Positions 11,118-21,208 of a stretch of DNA of 64,000 nt are shown here, piece by piece. The notes beneath the pieces were generated by a model. It saw nothing but the letters and a program-made list of their open reading frames with translations, ran no database searches and was not told the DNA's origin. This DNA comes from an uncultured Gemmatimonadales bacterium (GTDB lineage: Bacteria; Gemmatimonadota; Gemmatimonadetes; Longimicrobiales; RSA9), in NCBI GenBank assembly GCA_963798085.1, contig CAWCRS010000007.1, forward strand, positions 1,440,001 through 1,504,000. Reading direction: 5' to 3'. Numbering within the stretch: position 1 is the stretch's first letter; the number at the start of each line of letters is the position of its first letter. A program made the position numbers and the translations under genes.

Positions 11118-12862
11118 GTTTCGCGCGCCCGGAGCTGCTGCTGCTCGCCATTGTCGGGCCGGTGTGCGCGCTGCTGGCCGTGCTGGCGTTCGCGCGCCGC
11201 CGCCGGCGGGTCGCGCAGATGCTGGCCGACAGCGCACTGCTGGAGCGGTTGGGCGGTGCCGAGCTGGTGCGGTTTCCGCGCCTGCGCCTGCTCCTGCTCA
11301 TGGCCGCGGCCGCGGCGCTGGGTCTGGCCGCTGCCGGCCCGCGCTGGGGCGTGCGGCAGGTGCAGGGCCGGTCCACGGCCCGTAGTGTCGTGTTAGCACT
11401 GGATGTGTCGAAGTCGATGCTGGCCACCGACGTGAAGCCCAGCCGCCTGGAGCGCGAACGCCTGTTCGTGCGCCGCCTGATGCGGGAAATGCCGAGCGAC
11501 CGGCTGGGTCTCGTCGTCTTCGCGGGACGGGCCTACGTGCTCTCGCCGCTCACTGTGGACCAGAGCGCGCTCAGTCTGTACATCGATGCGCTCGATCCCG
11601 GCATTGTGAGTCAGGGCGGCTCATCCCTGGCTTCGGCCATCATGCAGGCGACAGATCTCGCGCGGGGACCCACCGAGACCGCGGGCGAACGCGCGGTCGT
11701 GCTGGTCACGGATGGCGAAGCGCTCGAGGATGAGAACACCGTGCGCCAGGCGGCAGACCGTGCCGCGCGCGCCGGCGTGACGCTGTTCACCGTGGGTGTC
11801 GGTACACGCATGGGCTCCACCGTGCCCGAGCTCGATGCAACCGGACGCGACATCGGCATGAAACGCGATGAAGCGGGCAATGTTGTGGTCTCCAGGCTGA
11901 ATCCCGATCTGCTGACCGATGTCGCGCGCCGCGCGGGTGGCCGCTACTTCGACCTGGAAGACGCCTCCGCGACCAGCCGTCTCATTGGCGCGCTGGGCTC
12001 GGTTTCCGCTTCCCAGACGAGTGGCGGAAAGCGTCTCGAGCCGCGCGAACAGCAGGCGTGGTTCATTGCCGCCGCGCTGCTGCTCCTGCTGCTCGACACG
12101 CTGCTGGACGCGCGCGGCACCGCGCGCGTGCACCTCGGCGGCATCGGCCGTGCCGGGCAGGTTGCGGCATTGCTCGCGGTGCTGCTGGTCACATCGGCCG
12201 CCGGCTTCGGCGATCTGGAACGCGGCAACCGCTTCTACCGCGCCGGCAAGTTCAAGGAAGCGGTGGAGGCGTACCAGGCGGCATTGCGCGGCGGCACCGA
12301 TTCACCGGAGCTGCGCTACAACCTGGGTACGGCACTGCTGCAGCTGGGACAGTACGCAGAAGCGGAACAGCAATTCCGCGCTGCGCTCAATGCGGTGGAT
12401 CCGGAGCTGCGCGAGCGCACCTTCTACAACCTCGGGAATCGCTTCCTGGGTGCGTCGCGTGCCGAGCCGGGCCCGGACAAGCAGGGTCCGCTTCTGAAAG
12501 GCGCGATCGAGGCATACGAGCGAGCGTTGCGCATCGACCCGCAGGACGTCGAAGCGAAGTGGAATCTGGAGATGGCGCTGCGTGACGAGCGGCAGCGGCA
12601 GCAGCAGCAGCAGTCCCAGGGCGGCGGCGGCCAGCAGCCGCAGAACCCGCAGCCGCAGGGAGGCGGCGGAAGCGGTTCCGGGCAATCGTCGCCTTCGCAG
12701 TCACCGGCTCAGCCCCAACCCTCTGACGGGTCGTCACGACTGCCGCTTACGAAGGAGCAGGCCGACCGCGTGCTCAGCGCGGTAGAGCAGGATGAGCGCG
12801 ACCTGACGCGCGAGAAGCTCCGCAAGGGGCAGCGGCGCACGCCGGTCCGTCGCGACTGGTGA
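11114..12862 (+). CDS. batB: BatB(VWA)-BatC(TPR) fusion protein
   Basis: LDVSKSMLATDVKPSRLER VWA domain, then TPRs (YNLG), Q-rich linker, C-terminal RDW. Confidence 0.85.
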   Translation: MSFARPELLLLAIVGPVCALLAVLAFARRRRRVAQMLADSALLERLGGAELVRFPRLRLLLLMAAAAALGLAAAGPRWGVRQVQGRSTARSVVLALDVSKSMLATDVKPSRLERERLFVRRLMREMPSDRLGLVVFAGRAYVLSPLTVDQSALSLYIDALDPGIVSQGGSSLASAIMQATDLARGPTETAGERAVVLVTDGEALEDENTVRQAADRAARAGVTLFTVGVGTRMGSTVPELDATGRDIGMKRDEAGNVVVSRLNPDLLTDVARRAGGRYFDLEDASATSRLIGALGSVSASQTSGGKRLEPREQQAWFIAAALLLLLLDTLLDARGTARVHLGGIGRAGQVAALLAVLLVTSAAGFGDLERGNRFYRAGKFKEAVEAYQAALRGGTDSPELRYNLGTALLQLGQYAEAEQQFRAALNAVDPELRERTFYNLGNRFLGASRAEPGPDKQGPLLKGAIEAYERALRIDPQDVEAKWNLEMALRDERQRQQQQQSQGGGGQQPQNPQPQGGGGSGSGQSSPSQSPAQPQPSDGSSRLPLTKEQADRVLSAVEQDERDLTREKLRKGQRRTPVRRDW

Positions 12863-12869
12863 GGCCTGC

Positions 12870-15236
12870 ATGACCGGCCTCGCCCTGCTGGTACTGGCGA
12901 GCCTTGCCCAGACGCAGCAGGACTCAGTTCGGGTACGCGCCACACTGAGCTCCGACCGTATTGTCGCAGGCGAATCTACAATCCTCGAGGTACGTGTCGA
13001 GTCGGGCAGCGCCGCGCCCGAAGCCATTCGCATGCCGTCGCTGCCACCCGGCTTCGAGCCGCTTGAGACCCGCGACTTCACGCAGATTCAGATCGGCGTC
13101 ACCGGCACGCGCACGCGCGTCACCGTGCATTCCGTCGTGCTGACCGGCCGGGTGCCGGGCAGCTTCCTGATTCCGGGCATCGGCATTACTGTGGCCGGCC
13201 GCCGCTACCGCACGACGGCGCTGCCCATTGTCGTGACTTCTGCGCCAACCGGTCCGGCGCCTCCCGGCACGACGGACCGGGTGCGGCTGACCGCGCACGT
13301 CGAGCCCCGCCGTGCGTGGATTGGACAGCAGGTGACGTTTGTCGCGGAGGCGGTGTTTCCCCGCGAGCTGCGACAGCGGCAGACGCGGCCTGCCACGTAT
13401 CAGCCGCCCAATCCAGCCGGTTTCTGGGCGCAGGATCTTCCCGACGCCATGGTCATCGGGCTGCGTACGATCGGCAACGAGGTGTACGAGACGCAGACGT
13501 TCCGACGCGCGTATTTCCCGCTGACAGCCGGCCGGCACGCGTTCCCGCCCGCACAGCTTTCTTACGAATACCGGCCACGTCTCGGGGCGTCGCCCGAAGC
13601 CAGGGAATTGCTGTCCGATTCGCTGATCATTGACGTGCAGCCGCTGCCGGTGAAAGGTAGGCCGGCTGCCTTCGCCGGGGCGGTGGGGCACTATTCGCTG
13701 CACACCACCATAGACCCGCTTCACGTGGGCGTGGGCGAAGCCGCAACGCTGCGCGTAGAGGTGCGCGGCGCCGGAAATGTGAAAGCTCTGCCGGCGCCCG
13801 TGCTCACGCACGCCGACGCGCTGGAGGTCTTTCCACCCACCGAGAGCGCCAATGTCAGCGCCAACGGTGAAATCCTGGGTGGCACGAAGGCCTTCTCGTG
13901 GGTGCTGGTGCCCAGACAGCCGGGCCACATTGCCATACCGCCGGTCGAGTTCAGCTACTTCGACCCGGCCACCGAGCGGTACGAGCGCATTCGCACTGAC
14001 ACGATACGCCTGGACGTCAGCGGCGCGACGGTCGTGACACCCCAACCGCTGGACCTGCGGCCCCTGCATGGGCGGCCGTCCGGCAATCGACTGGGTTGGG
14101 TGCTGACACCGTGGTTCGCCGGCGCGCAGGCCATTCCCGTGCTGCTCCTGCTGCTCGCATGGGTCATGGGAAGACGGGCCGCCGTGCGCGCAGCCGATCC
14201 CGGCAAGGTGCAGCGACGGACCCGCACGCTCGAACAGCTGCGCCAGGAGGCGCTGGCGCCGGATCCCGGCTTCTGGGGCCGCCTGGCAGAGGCGGTGCGC
14301 ACCATTGTCGGCGACACGCTCGACCAGCCCGGCCTCGCAGCTGCATCCGCAGCCACAGTGGCCACGGTGCTGGCACAGAACGGCGTGCCGCGGCCCACTG
14401 CGAATGCCCTGGCAGAGCTGCTCGACGGATTGGATCGCACCCGCTTCGCGCCGGGCCAGGGCGTGCCGGCGGATGCGCCCGCGCTGGTGGACCGCGTCGA
14501 CCGATTGCTGGAAGCGCTGGCCTCCACGCGCTCGCGCCGCACCGAGACCGGCACGGCGGTCAGCGCGCTACTGCTGCTGACACTGCCGTTCGCGGCGCAC
14601 CAGATCGATTTCTTCCAGCGCGGCGTCATCGACTACACGGAAGGGCACTACGCGGAGGCAGGCAGATCCTTCGCGTCGTGGCTGCGCATTTTCCCTGACG
14701 ACGCCGACGCCTGGTACGACGCCGGCAGCGCATACTTCCAGGCCGGCCAGCCAGGGTCAGCCGTGCGCGCCTGGATCAGGGCAATCCAGCTGGAGCCCGG
14801 CAACCGCGACGCCCGCCACAATCTGCACACCGTTTCGCCGGATGCGGGCGCGTTTGTTCCACCCTTGGTCGCACTGGCCCTTCCCGAGGCGGCCATCGTC
14901 GCTGCTACCATCTGGTGGGTGACCTGCCTGCTCATGGCCAGGAGACTATGGCTGCGCCGGCCGCTCTGGCCGCTCGCCCTGCCCACCGGCGTGCTGCTGC
15001 TGATCGTCGCGGCCGCTGCCCTCGCGGGCCGATCTCGCTACGAGCTTGCCGTCGCGAACGAGCCCGAAATCTCGATCCACGCCGACCCCGCCCTCCGCGC
15101 CGACGAGATTCTGCGCATCCGCGCGGGCACCCCCGTCGCGGTCATCGAACGCCGCGAAGGCTGGACCCGCGTCCGCACCGCCTCCGGCACTCAGGGCTGG
15201 CTGGAGTCCGGCTCCGTGATCGAGGTCGGGGACTGA
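12870..15236 (+). CDS. batD: BatD-like protein fused to BatE-like TPR/SH3 domain
   Basis: Signal peptide, [21 protein letters not shown]-terminal TPR and SH3-like [16 protein letters not shown]. Confidence 0.8.
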   Translation: MTGLALLVLASLAQTQQDSVRVRATLSSDRIVAGESTILEVRVESGSAAPEAIRMPSLPPGFEPLETRDFTQIQIGVTGTRTRVTVHSVVLTGRVPGSFLIPGIGITVAGRRYRTTALPIVVTSAPTGPAPPGTTDRVRLTAHVEPRRAWIGQQVTFVAEAVFPRELRQRQTRPATYQPPNPAGFWAQDLPDAMVIGLRTIGNEVYETQTFRRAYFPLTAGRHAFPPAQLSYEYRPRLGASPEARELLSDSLIIDVQPLPVKGRPAAFAGAVGHYSLHTTIDPLHVGVGEAATLRVEVRGAGNVKALPAPVLTHADALEVFPPTESANVSANGEILGGTKAFSWVLVPRQPGHIAIPPVEFSYFDPATERYERIRTDTIRLDVSGATVVTPQPLDLRPLHGRPSGNRLGWVLTPWFAGAQAIPVLLLLLAWVMGRRAAVRAADPGKVQRRTRTLEQLRQEALAPDPGFWGRLAEAVRTIVGDTLDQPGLAAASAATVATVLAQNGVPRPTANALAELLDGLDRTRFAPGQGVPADAPALVDRVDRLLEALASTRSRRTETGTAVSALLLLTLPFAAHQIDFFQRGVIDYTEGHYAEAGRSFASWLRIFPDDADAWYDAGSAYFQAGQPGSAVRAWIRAIQLEPGNRDARHNLHTVSPDAGAFVPPLVALALPEAAIVAATIWWVTCLLMARRLWLRRPLWPLALPTGVLLLIVAAAALAGRSRYELAVANEPEISIHADPALRADEILRIRAGTPVAVIERREGWTRVRTASGTQGWLESGSVIEVGD

Positions 15237-15245
15237 GACGGCCGG

Positions 15246-15308
15246 AACGGCGTTTCTCGGGCTGGGCCTGGGCCCCCCGGAATCTCCGTTCCCATCCGTG
15301 TCCCGCCA
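15246..15308. repeat. Short copy of the composite intergenic repeat family
   Basis: GAACGGCGTTTCTCGGGCTGGG (reverse unit) followed by CCGTTCCC (forward unit start), matching units at 33.8-34.3 kb and 52.9-53.3 kb. Confidence 0.45.
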
Positions 15309-15354
15309 CCCTATAGTTCGCGCCGACGAGGGGACCACCGACAGTCGGGGAAAA

Positions 15355-15993
15355 ATGCACCAGTTTCCGAATTTCACGCTGATCGATCACCCGCTGATCC
15401 AGCACAAGATTGCCTTGCTCCGGCAGCAGGAAACGTCGAAGAAGACGTTCCGCGAACTGGTCGAGGAGATCACCGTGCTGATGGGCTACGAGGTCACGCG
15501 TGATCTGCCGCTGGAGGCGATCGAGATCGATACGCCGCTCGAGCGCACACACGGGCTGGTGGTGAGCGGCAAGAAGCTGGCATTGATTCCCGTGCTGCGC
15601 GCGGGCCTGGGCATGGTGCAGGGCATGCTCCGGCTCATGCCGTCCGTGCGCGTGGGCCATGTGGGCCTCTACCGCGAGCACGATTCGCTGCGGCCCGTCT
15701 CCTACTACTTCAAGATCCCGCCCGACCCGGAGGCGAGGGACTTCATCGTGCTCGACCCGATGCTCGCGACAGGCGGGTCCGCCAGCATGGCGGTGTCAGC
15801 GCTCAAGGCGAGCGGCGCGGCCAGGGTGCGCCTCATGTGTCTGGTCGCTGCGCCCGAAGGCGTGCAGCGCATGCTCGTCGAGCATCCGGATGTGCAGATC
15901 TTCTGTGCGGCGCTGGACCGCGAGCTGAACGAGCACGGTTACATCCTGCCAGGGCTGGGCGACGCCGGCGATCGGTTGTACGGTACCCGCTGA
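15355..15993 (+). CDS. upp: Uracil phosphoribosyltransferase
   Basis: [42 protein letters not shown]. Confidence 0.97.
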   Translation: MHQFPNFTLIDHPLIQHKIALLRQQETSKKTFRELVEEITVLMGYEVTRDLPLEAIEIDTPLERTHGLVVSGKKLALIPVLRAGLGMVQGMLRLMPSVRVGHVGLYREHDSLRPVSYYFKIPPDPEARDFIVLDPMLATGGSASMAVSALKASGAARVRLMCLVAAPEGVQRMLVEHPDVQIFCAALDRELNEHGYILPGLGDAGDRLYGTR

Positions 15994-16014
15994 GCGGGTA
16001 GATTCCGTGCCAAC

Positions 16015-16088
16015 GGGCCCGTAGCTCAGCTGGTCAGAGCACCGGACTCATAATCCGAGGGTCGCAGGTTCGAACCCTGCCGGGCCCA
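16015..16088 (+). tRNA. tRNA with CAT anticodon (probably Ile2/lysidine, otherwise elongator Met); CCA not encoded
   Basis: Cloverleaf: GGGCCCG/CGGGCCC acceptor, TAGCTCAG D arm, CTCATAA loop, GGTTCGAACCC T arm. Confidence 0.93.
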
Positions 16089-16095
16089 TGATGTC

Positions 16096-16122
16096 GCCGC
16101 CTCGAAGAGGCGGCCTTTTTTT
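16096..16122 (+). terminator. Rho-independent terminator
   Basis: GCCGCCTC-GAA-GAGGCGGC followed by T7. Confidence 0.85.
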
Positions 16123-16175
16123 CCGGCCGCGACAGAGCCAGTGCTCTGCCGGTCCCCAGATTCCGGGAGTGTGTC

Positions 16176-17453
16176 ATGCGGATCCCGTCCCAGCGTAAAG
16201 CCCTGCTGAGCCTCGTCGCCTTCACGATTGCCGCGGGGAGCGCGCCTCTCGCCGCACAGCGCGGCGGCCCGCCCCCGTGCGATCCGGCGGCTTCCGGTCT
16301 CAAGCTGCCCGCCGGCTTCTGCGCCATCGTGGTCGCGGAAGGCGTACGCGGCGCGCGCCAGCTGCTGGTCGCGCCCAACGGCAATGTCCTCGTGGCGGCG
16401 CAGGGTGGACGCGGCGGCGGTGGTGGCGCCGTGCTCCTGCGGGACACCAACGGCGATGGCAGGGCGGACGTGAACCAGGCGCTGGGCACGGCCGGCGGCA
16501 ACGGCATCGCGCTCACGCCCGAGTACCTCTACGTCGCACCCAATGACGCGGTCCTGCGTTACCACTACAAGGCGGGCGCCCTGCAGGTCACGGGTGCCCC
16601 CGATACGATCGTGCAGGACCTGCCCAACCGCCCCGGACACGTCACCAAGACCATCGTGCTCACCAGCAATGGCAACCTCTTCGTGAACGTCGGCTCGCCC
16701 TCGAATTCCTGTCAGCGCGCGGACCGCACCAACAATGCGCCGGGCAAGGACCCCTGCGATGAGCTGGCCACGCGCGCCGGCATCTGGCGCTTCTCCGCCA
16801 GCCGCCTGCACCAGACGCAGAAGGACGGCGAGCACTTCGCGACCGGGCTGCGCAACGTGGTGGGCATGGCGCTGCTGCCCGGCACTAACGAGCTGTTTGC
16901 CATGCAGCACGGCCGCGACCAGCTGTTCGAGAACTGGGGCGACAAGGGTTACACGGCGAGGGATGGCGCGGACAAGCCGGCGGAAGAGTTCGTGCACGCG
17001 CTCAAGGGCGACAACTTCGGCTGGCCCTACTGCTACTTCGACCCGGACGCAGGCCACCTCGTGCTCGCGCCGGAATACGGCGGCGACACGCACACCGTCG
17101 GCCGCTGCGCCAGCATGAAGGAGCCGCTGGTCGCGTTCCCGGGCCACTGGGCGCCCGACGGACTCGTCTTCTACACGGGCACGCAGTTCCCCGCCAGCTA
17201 TCGCGGCGGTGCATTCATCGCGTTCCACGGTTCGTGGAATCGCGGGCCGCGGCCCGAGGATCAGCAAGGCTTCCAGGTCGTCTTCCAGCCCATGTCCGGA
17301 CAGACGCCAGCCGGCAAGTGGAGCACGTTCGCCGATGGCTTCCGCGACCTGCAGCCGGGCAGCCGCCCCGTCGGACTCGCGGTCGGGCCCGATGGCTCGC
17401 TCTACGTGGGTGACGACACCGGCGGACGGATCTGGCGGATCATTCACAGGTAA
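16176..17453 (+). CDS. Secreted PQQ-dependent sugar/L-sorbosone dehydrogenase family protein
   Basis: Signal peptide, LKLPAGF, FATGLRN, NFGWPYCY, AFHGSWNR, RPVGLAVGPDGSLYVGDD. Confidence 0.85.
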   Translation: MRIPSQRKALLSLVAFTIAAGSAPLAAQRGGPPPCDPAASGLKLPAGFCAIVVAEGVRGARQLLVAPNGNVLVAAQGGRGGGGGAVLLRDTNGDGRADVNQALGTAGGNGIALTPEYLYVAPNDAVLRYHYKAGALQVTGAPDTIVQDLPNRPGHVTKTIVLTSNGNLFVNVGSPSNSCQRADRTNNAPGKDPCDELATRAGIWRFSASRLHQTQKDGEHFATGLRNVVGMALLPGTNELFAMQHGRDQLFENWGDKGYTARDGADKPAEEFVHALKGDNFGWPYCYFDPDAGHLVLAPEYGGDTHTVGRCASMKEPLVAFPGHWAPDGLVFYTGTQFPASYRGGAFIAFHGSWNRGPRPEDQQGFQVVFQPMSGQTPAGKWSTFADGFRDLQPGSRPVGLAVGPDGSLYVGDDTGGRIWRIIHR

Positions 17454-17559
17454 CAGTCGAACGCAGATTGAGGGCGACGCTGCCGTAATCGGGTTGGCCG
17501 CGCTTCGGCAGGCGTGCCGGGAGTGGCCCGCCATGCTGCGTACAAGTGTGCGTGCCGCG

Positions 17560-17588
17560 TTGACACGGGCAGGGGGCACGGCCACAAT
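17560..17588 (+). promoter_or_regulatory. Putative sigma70 promoter of secDF
   Basis: TTGACA-N17-CACAAT. Confidence 0.6.
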
Positions 17589-17658
17589 AACAGGCTCCGA
17601 TTCCGCGCATGAACCGCGCGGCATCGACTGACGGGAATCTCGTCCACAAGGACAGACG

Positions 17659-19293
17659 ATGTTCGGCACCATCAAGGGCCGTATCGCGGTCATCGCAGTC
17701 GCGACCGTGCTGGCGCTCGCGGCACTGATCTCGAATCGCATGAAGACCGGTTCGCTGATCAAGCTGGGACTCGACCTGCAGGGCGGCATGCACCTCGCCC
17801 TCGAGGTGGATGATCCGCAGCACACGCTCACCGCGCAGGCTCGCCAGGACGCCATCGATCAGAATCTCGAAGTACTGCGCAACCGGATGGACCAGTTCGG
17901 CGTGGCCGAGCCACTGATCCAGAAGGTGGGCAGTGAGCGCATCATGGTCGAGCTGCCCGGCATCCGCGATGAAGAGCGCGCCACCAAGATCATCAAGGAG
18001 TCCGCGTTCCTCGAGTGGAAGCTGGTGCACCACACCCAGGACTTCCGGCAGGTGCTGCCGCGACTGGACCGCGCGGTTGCCGCGGCATTCGGGCCCGACT
18101 CCCTGAAGAAGGCCACCGCGGGCGCTGACACGGCGGCGAAGACACAGCAGAAACAGCTGCAGGAACTGCTGGGACTGACGGGCAAGGACAGCACGAAGTC
18201 GGACTCGGCAAGAGCGGACTCGGCGAAAGCCGCCGGCAGCGACACACACCCGCTCAGCAACCTGATCCTGGACAGCGGTCGTGACGGCGAGTTCCTGGTG
18301 CCGGAAAGCGATGTCGATCGCGTCAAGCACGAGCTGGCATTGCCGGGAGTGCTGGAGGCATTGCCGCGCGGCACCGAGCTGCGCTGGGCCGCGAAACCGG
18401 AAGGGCAGGGCGCACAACTCTACCGCTCGCTCTACTTCCTGGAGTCGCGGCCCTTCATTACGGGTGAGCGCCTGCGCTCGGCGACGGCGGGTCGCGACCC
18501 GCAGTTCAATCGCACGGTTGTGACGTTCGAGCTGGACCGGCGCGGCGGCCGCATCTTCGAGGACGTCACGGGCCAGCACATCAATGACCGCATCGCCATT
18601 GTCCTCGATACACTGGTGCACAGCGCCCCCAACGTGATCAGCCGCATCGGCGCGCGCGGCCAGATCGAAATGGGCCAGGCGCCCATGACCGAAGCCAGTG
18701 ACCTGGCGCTGGTGCTGCGCGCCGGCGCGCTCTCCAAGCCGCTCACGATTGTCGAGCAGCGATCGGTGGGTCCCTCGCTCGGCGCAGACTCCATCGCACA
18801 GGGCAAGTTCGCCGGCATCATCGGCATCCTGCTCGTCATATTCATCATGGTCGGCTACTACCACTTCGCCGGCCTGCTGGCCGTGAGTGCGCTGCTGATC
18901 TACGTGATCCTGCTGCTGGGCGGACTCGCTGCCTTCGGCGGCACGCTGACCGCACCCGGCATTGCCGGCTTCATTCTGTCGCTGGGCATGGCGGTGGACG
19001 CGAACGTGCTGATCTTCGAACGAATACGGGAGGAGCTGGCCGCGGGCCGCTCCACCCGGGTCGCAGTGGATGAAGGCTTCAAGCACGCCATGTCGGCCAT
19101 TGTCGACTCCAACATCACCACCGTGATCACCGGCCTGATCCTGTTCCAGGTAGGCACCGGTCCGGTGCGCGGCTTCGCCGTCACACTGACCATCGGCGTG
19201 CTCGCGTCCTTTTTCACCGCCGTGTACATCGTGCGCACGTTCTTCCTCATCTATCTGGACAGGAAGAAGCCCACAGAGCCGATCAGCATCTGA
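17659..19293 (+). CDS. secD: Protein translocase subunit SecD
   Basis: KLGLDLQGG, RMDQFGVAEP, VGPSLG, GMAVDANVLIFERIREE. Confidence 0.97.
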   Translation: MFGTIKGRIAVIAVATVLALAALISNRMKTGSLIKLGLDLQGGMHLALEVDDPQHTLTAQARQDAIDQNLEVLRNRMDQFGVAEPLIQKVGSERIMVELPGIRDEERATKIIKESAFLEWKLVHHTQDFRQVLPRLDRAVAAAFGPDSLKKATAGADTAAKTQQKQLQELLGLTGKDSTKSDSARADSAKAAGSDTHPLSNLILDSGRDGEFLVPESDVDRVKHELALPGVLEALPRGTELRWAAKPEGQGAQLYRSLYFLESRPFITGERLRSATAGRDPQFNRTVVTFELDRRGGRIFEDVTGQHINDRIAIVLDTLVHSAPNVISRIGARGQIEMGQAPMTEASDLALVLRAGALSKPLTIVEQRSVGPSLGADSIAQGKFAGIIGILLVIFIMVGYYHFAGLLAVSALLIYVILLLGGLAAFGGTLTAPGIAGFILSLGMAVDANVLIFERIREELAAGRSTRVAVDEGFKHAMSAIVDSNITTVITGLILFQVGTGPVRGFAVTLTIGVLASFFTAVYIVRTFFLIYLDRKKPTEPISI

Positions 19294-19305
19294 GAGAAAA
19301 GAGCC

Positions 19306-20256
19306 ATGCATCGACTATTCGACGGCGCTCACTACGACTTCATCGGCTTCCGCAGACGGGCGTACGTGCTTTCGGGCACGCTGCTGGCGCTGGGCTTCGT
19401 GTTCGCGCTGATCTTCCAGTTCGCGAAGGGCTCGTGGCTGAACTACGGTGTGGACTTCGCCGGCGGCACGCTGATCCAGGCGCAGTTCCACGACAACACC
19501 ACGGTGAGTGATCTGCGCGCCGTGCTGCAGCCGCAGTTTCCCGGCACCGAGATCACCGAGTTCGGCAACAGCAACGAATTCCTGATCCGCGCGCCGGAAA
19601 CCGGCACGGCCGCGAATGCCGGCCAGGACATCCCGGCAGCGCTGCGCGCGCGTTTCGGTCAGAATTCGTTCACCATGGGGCACTCGGAATCGGTGGGCTC
19701 GAAGGTCGGGTCGGAACTGCAGAGCAAGGCGTTGCTCGCCATTCTGCTCTCGTTCGGCGCGACACTGATCTACCTCGCCTTCCGCTTCGAGTGGCGCTTC
19801 GGCCTGGCCGCCCTGATCGCCACGATCCATGACATCCTGCTGACGCTCGCGTTCATCTCCGGATTCCGCATCGAAGTGGCGCTGCCCACGGTGGCAGCGG
19901 TGCTGACGATCGTGGGGTACTCGCTGAACGACACGATCATCGTGTTCGACCGCATTCGCGAGAACATCAGGACCTCGCGGCGCGAGGATTTCATTACCCT
20001 GCTGAATCGCTCCATCAACGAAACACTGCCGCGTACCACGCTGACGGTCGCGACCGTGCTGGCGACACTGGCCGCGCTCTTCATGTTCGGTGGCACGACG
20101 ATTCAGGACTTCGCGCTGATCATGATCGTGGGTATCGTGCTGGGCACGTACTCGTCGATCTTCGTGGCCTCGCCGGCACTGCTGTACATTGAGACGCGCT
20201 GGCCCGCCGAGCGCAAGAAGGCGAGAGTGCGGCCGGCCGCCAAGGCCACCGTTTGA
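19306..20256 (+). CDS. secF: Protein translocase subunit SecF
   Basis: GVDFAGGT, YLAFRFEW, GYSLNDTIIVFDRIREN, GTYSSIFVA. Confidence 0.97.
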   Translation: MHRLFDGAHYDFIGFRRRAYVLSGTLLALGFVFALIFQFAKGSWLNYGVDFAGGTLIQAQFHDNTTVSDLRAVLQPQFPGTEITEFGNSNEFLIRAPETGTAANAGQDIPAALRARFGQNSFTMGHSESVGSKVGSELQSKALLAILLSFGATLIYLAFRFEWRFGLAALIATIHDILLTLAFISGFRIEVALPTVAAVLTIVGYSLNDTIIVFDRIRENIRTSRREDFITLLNRSINETLPRTTLTVATVLATLAALFMFGGTTIQDFALIMIVGIVLGTYSSIFVASPALLYIETRWPAERKKARVRPAAKATV

Positions 20257-20289
20257 GCCTCGCGGTCCCGTACGCAGAGGCCGCCGCGG

Positions 20290-21078
20290 TTGCGTGACCG
20301 GGGCGGCCTTCGCACATCGGAGGGCGCCCTGTTCGATTCACACTGCCATCTGACCGACGACGCCTTCGCGGCGGATCTGCCCGACGTGCTGCAGCGTGCG
20401 CACGCTGCCGGCGTGACGGCTGTCACGACCATCGCATCCAACGCGGCCGACGCGGAAAACGCCATCGCGCTGGCCGCGGTACACGCCTCCGTCTGGTGCA
20501 CCGTGGGCATTCATCCGCACGATGCGGACAGCGCAGTCCGTGACTTTCCGCGCATTCGAGAACTGGCGGGGTCGCCGGGCGTGGTGGCGCTGGGTGAAAC
20601 CGGCCTCGACTATCACTACGACCACTCGGCGAGGGACGCGCAGCGCGCGGCATTCACGCAGCACCTGGCGCTGGCGGCGGAAACCGGAAGGCCCGTTGTC
20701 GTGCACAGCCGCGAAGCGGAAGCCGACACGCTCGCCGCACTGGCCGGCTCCGGGGTGCGCGGCGTGCTGCACTGCTTCAGCGGTAACGAGGCCATGCTGG
20801 AAGCGGCGCTGGCGGCCGGCTGGTACATCTCGTTCGGCGGCATGGTGACCTTCCGCAACTGGCAGGGGTCCGCGCTGCTGCGCCGCGTACCCGTCGAACG
20901 ATTGCTGTTGGAGACAGACGGGCCGTATCTCGCGCCCGTTCCCTATCGCGGCAAGCGCAACGAGCCCGCGTATCTGCCGCTCACCTGCGTCGCGGCGGCG
21001 GGCCTGCGGGGTGAGGACGCGGTCGAGCTGGGTCGTCTGACGGACCGTAACGCGCGCACCTTTTTCGGCATCGACTGA
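20290..21078 (+). CDS. tatD: TatD family hydrolase (start uncertain; possible CTG at 20329 after GGAGGG)
   Basis: DSHCHL, GIHPH, GETGLDY, VVHSREA, LHCFSG, LLETDGPYL. Confidence 0.93.
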   Translation: MRDRGGLRTSEGALFDSHCHLTDDAFAADLPDVLQRAHAAGVTAVTTIASNAADAENAIALAAVHASVWCTVGIHPHDADSAVRDFPRIRELAGSPGVVALGETGLDYHYDHSARDAQRAAFTQHLALAAETGRPVVVHSREAEADTLAALAGSGVRGVLHCFSGNEAMLEAALAAGWYISFGGMVTFRNWQGSALLRRVPVERLLLETDGPYLAPVPYRGKRNEPAYLPLTCVAAAGLRGEDAVELGRLTDRNARTFFGID

Positions 21079-21208
21079 ACGGCAGGCGCATCCGCGGCGC
21101 GTGGATTCTGTTGCCGGACACGTGTATCTTTCGGCTGTCACGCCGCGGCAGCCGCCATGGCGCATGCGTTGCGCGCGGCTCTCTCCCCGAACGCAGAAGA
21201 CGCAGGGC

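Noticed and set aside
12590..12720. CAG/GGC-rich tandem repeats
   Set aside because: They encode the ordinary Gln/Gly-rich linker of the BatC-like domain.
16015..17453. Genomic island at the CAT tRNA
   Set aside because: No integrase, att duplication or compositional shift was seen.
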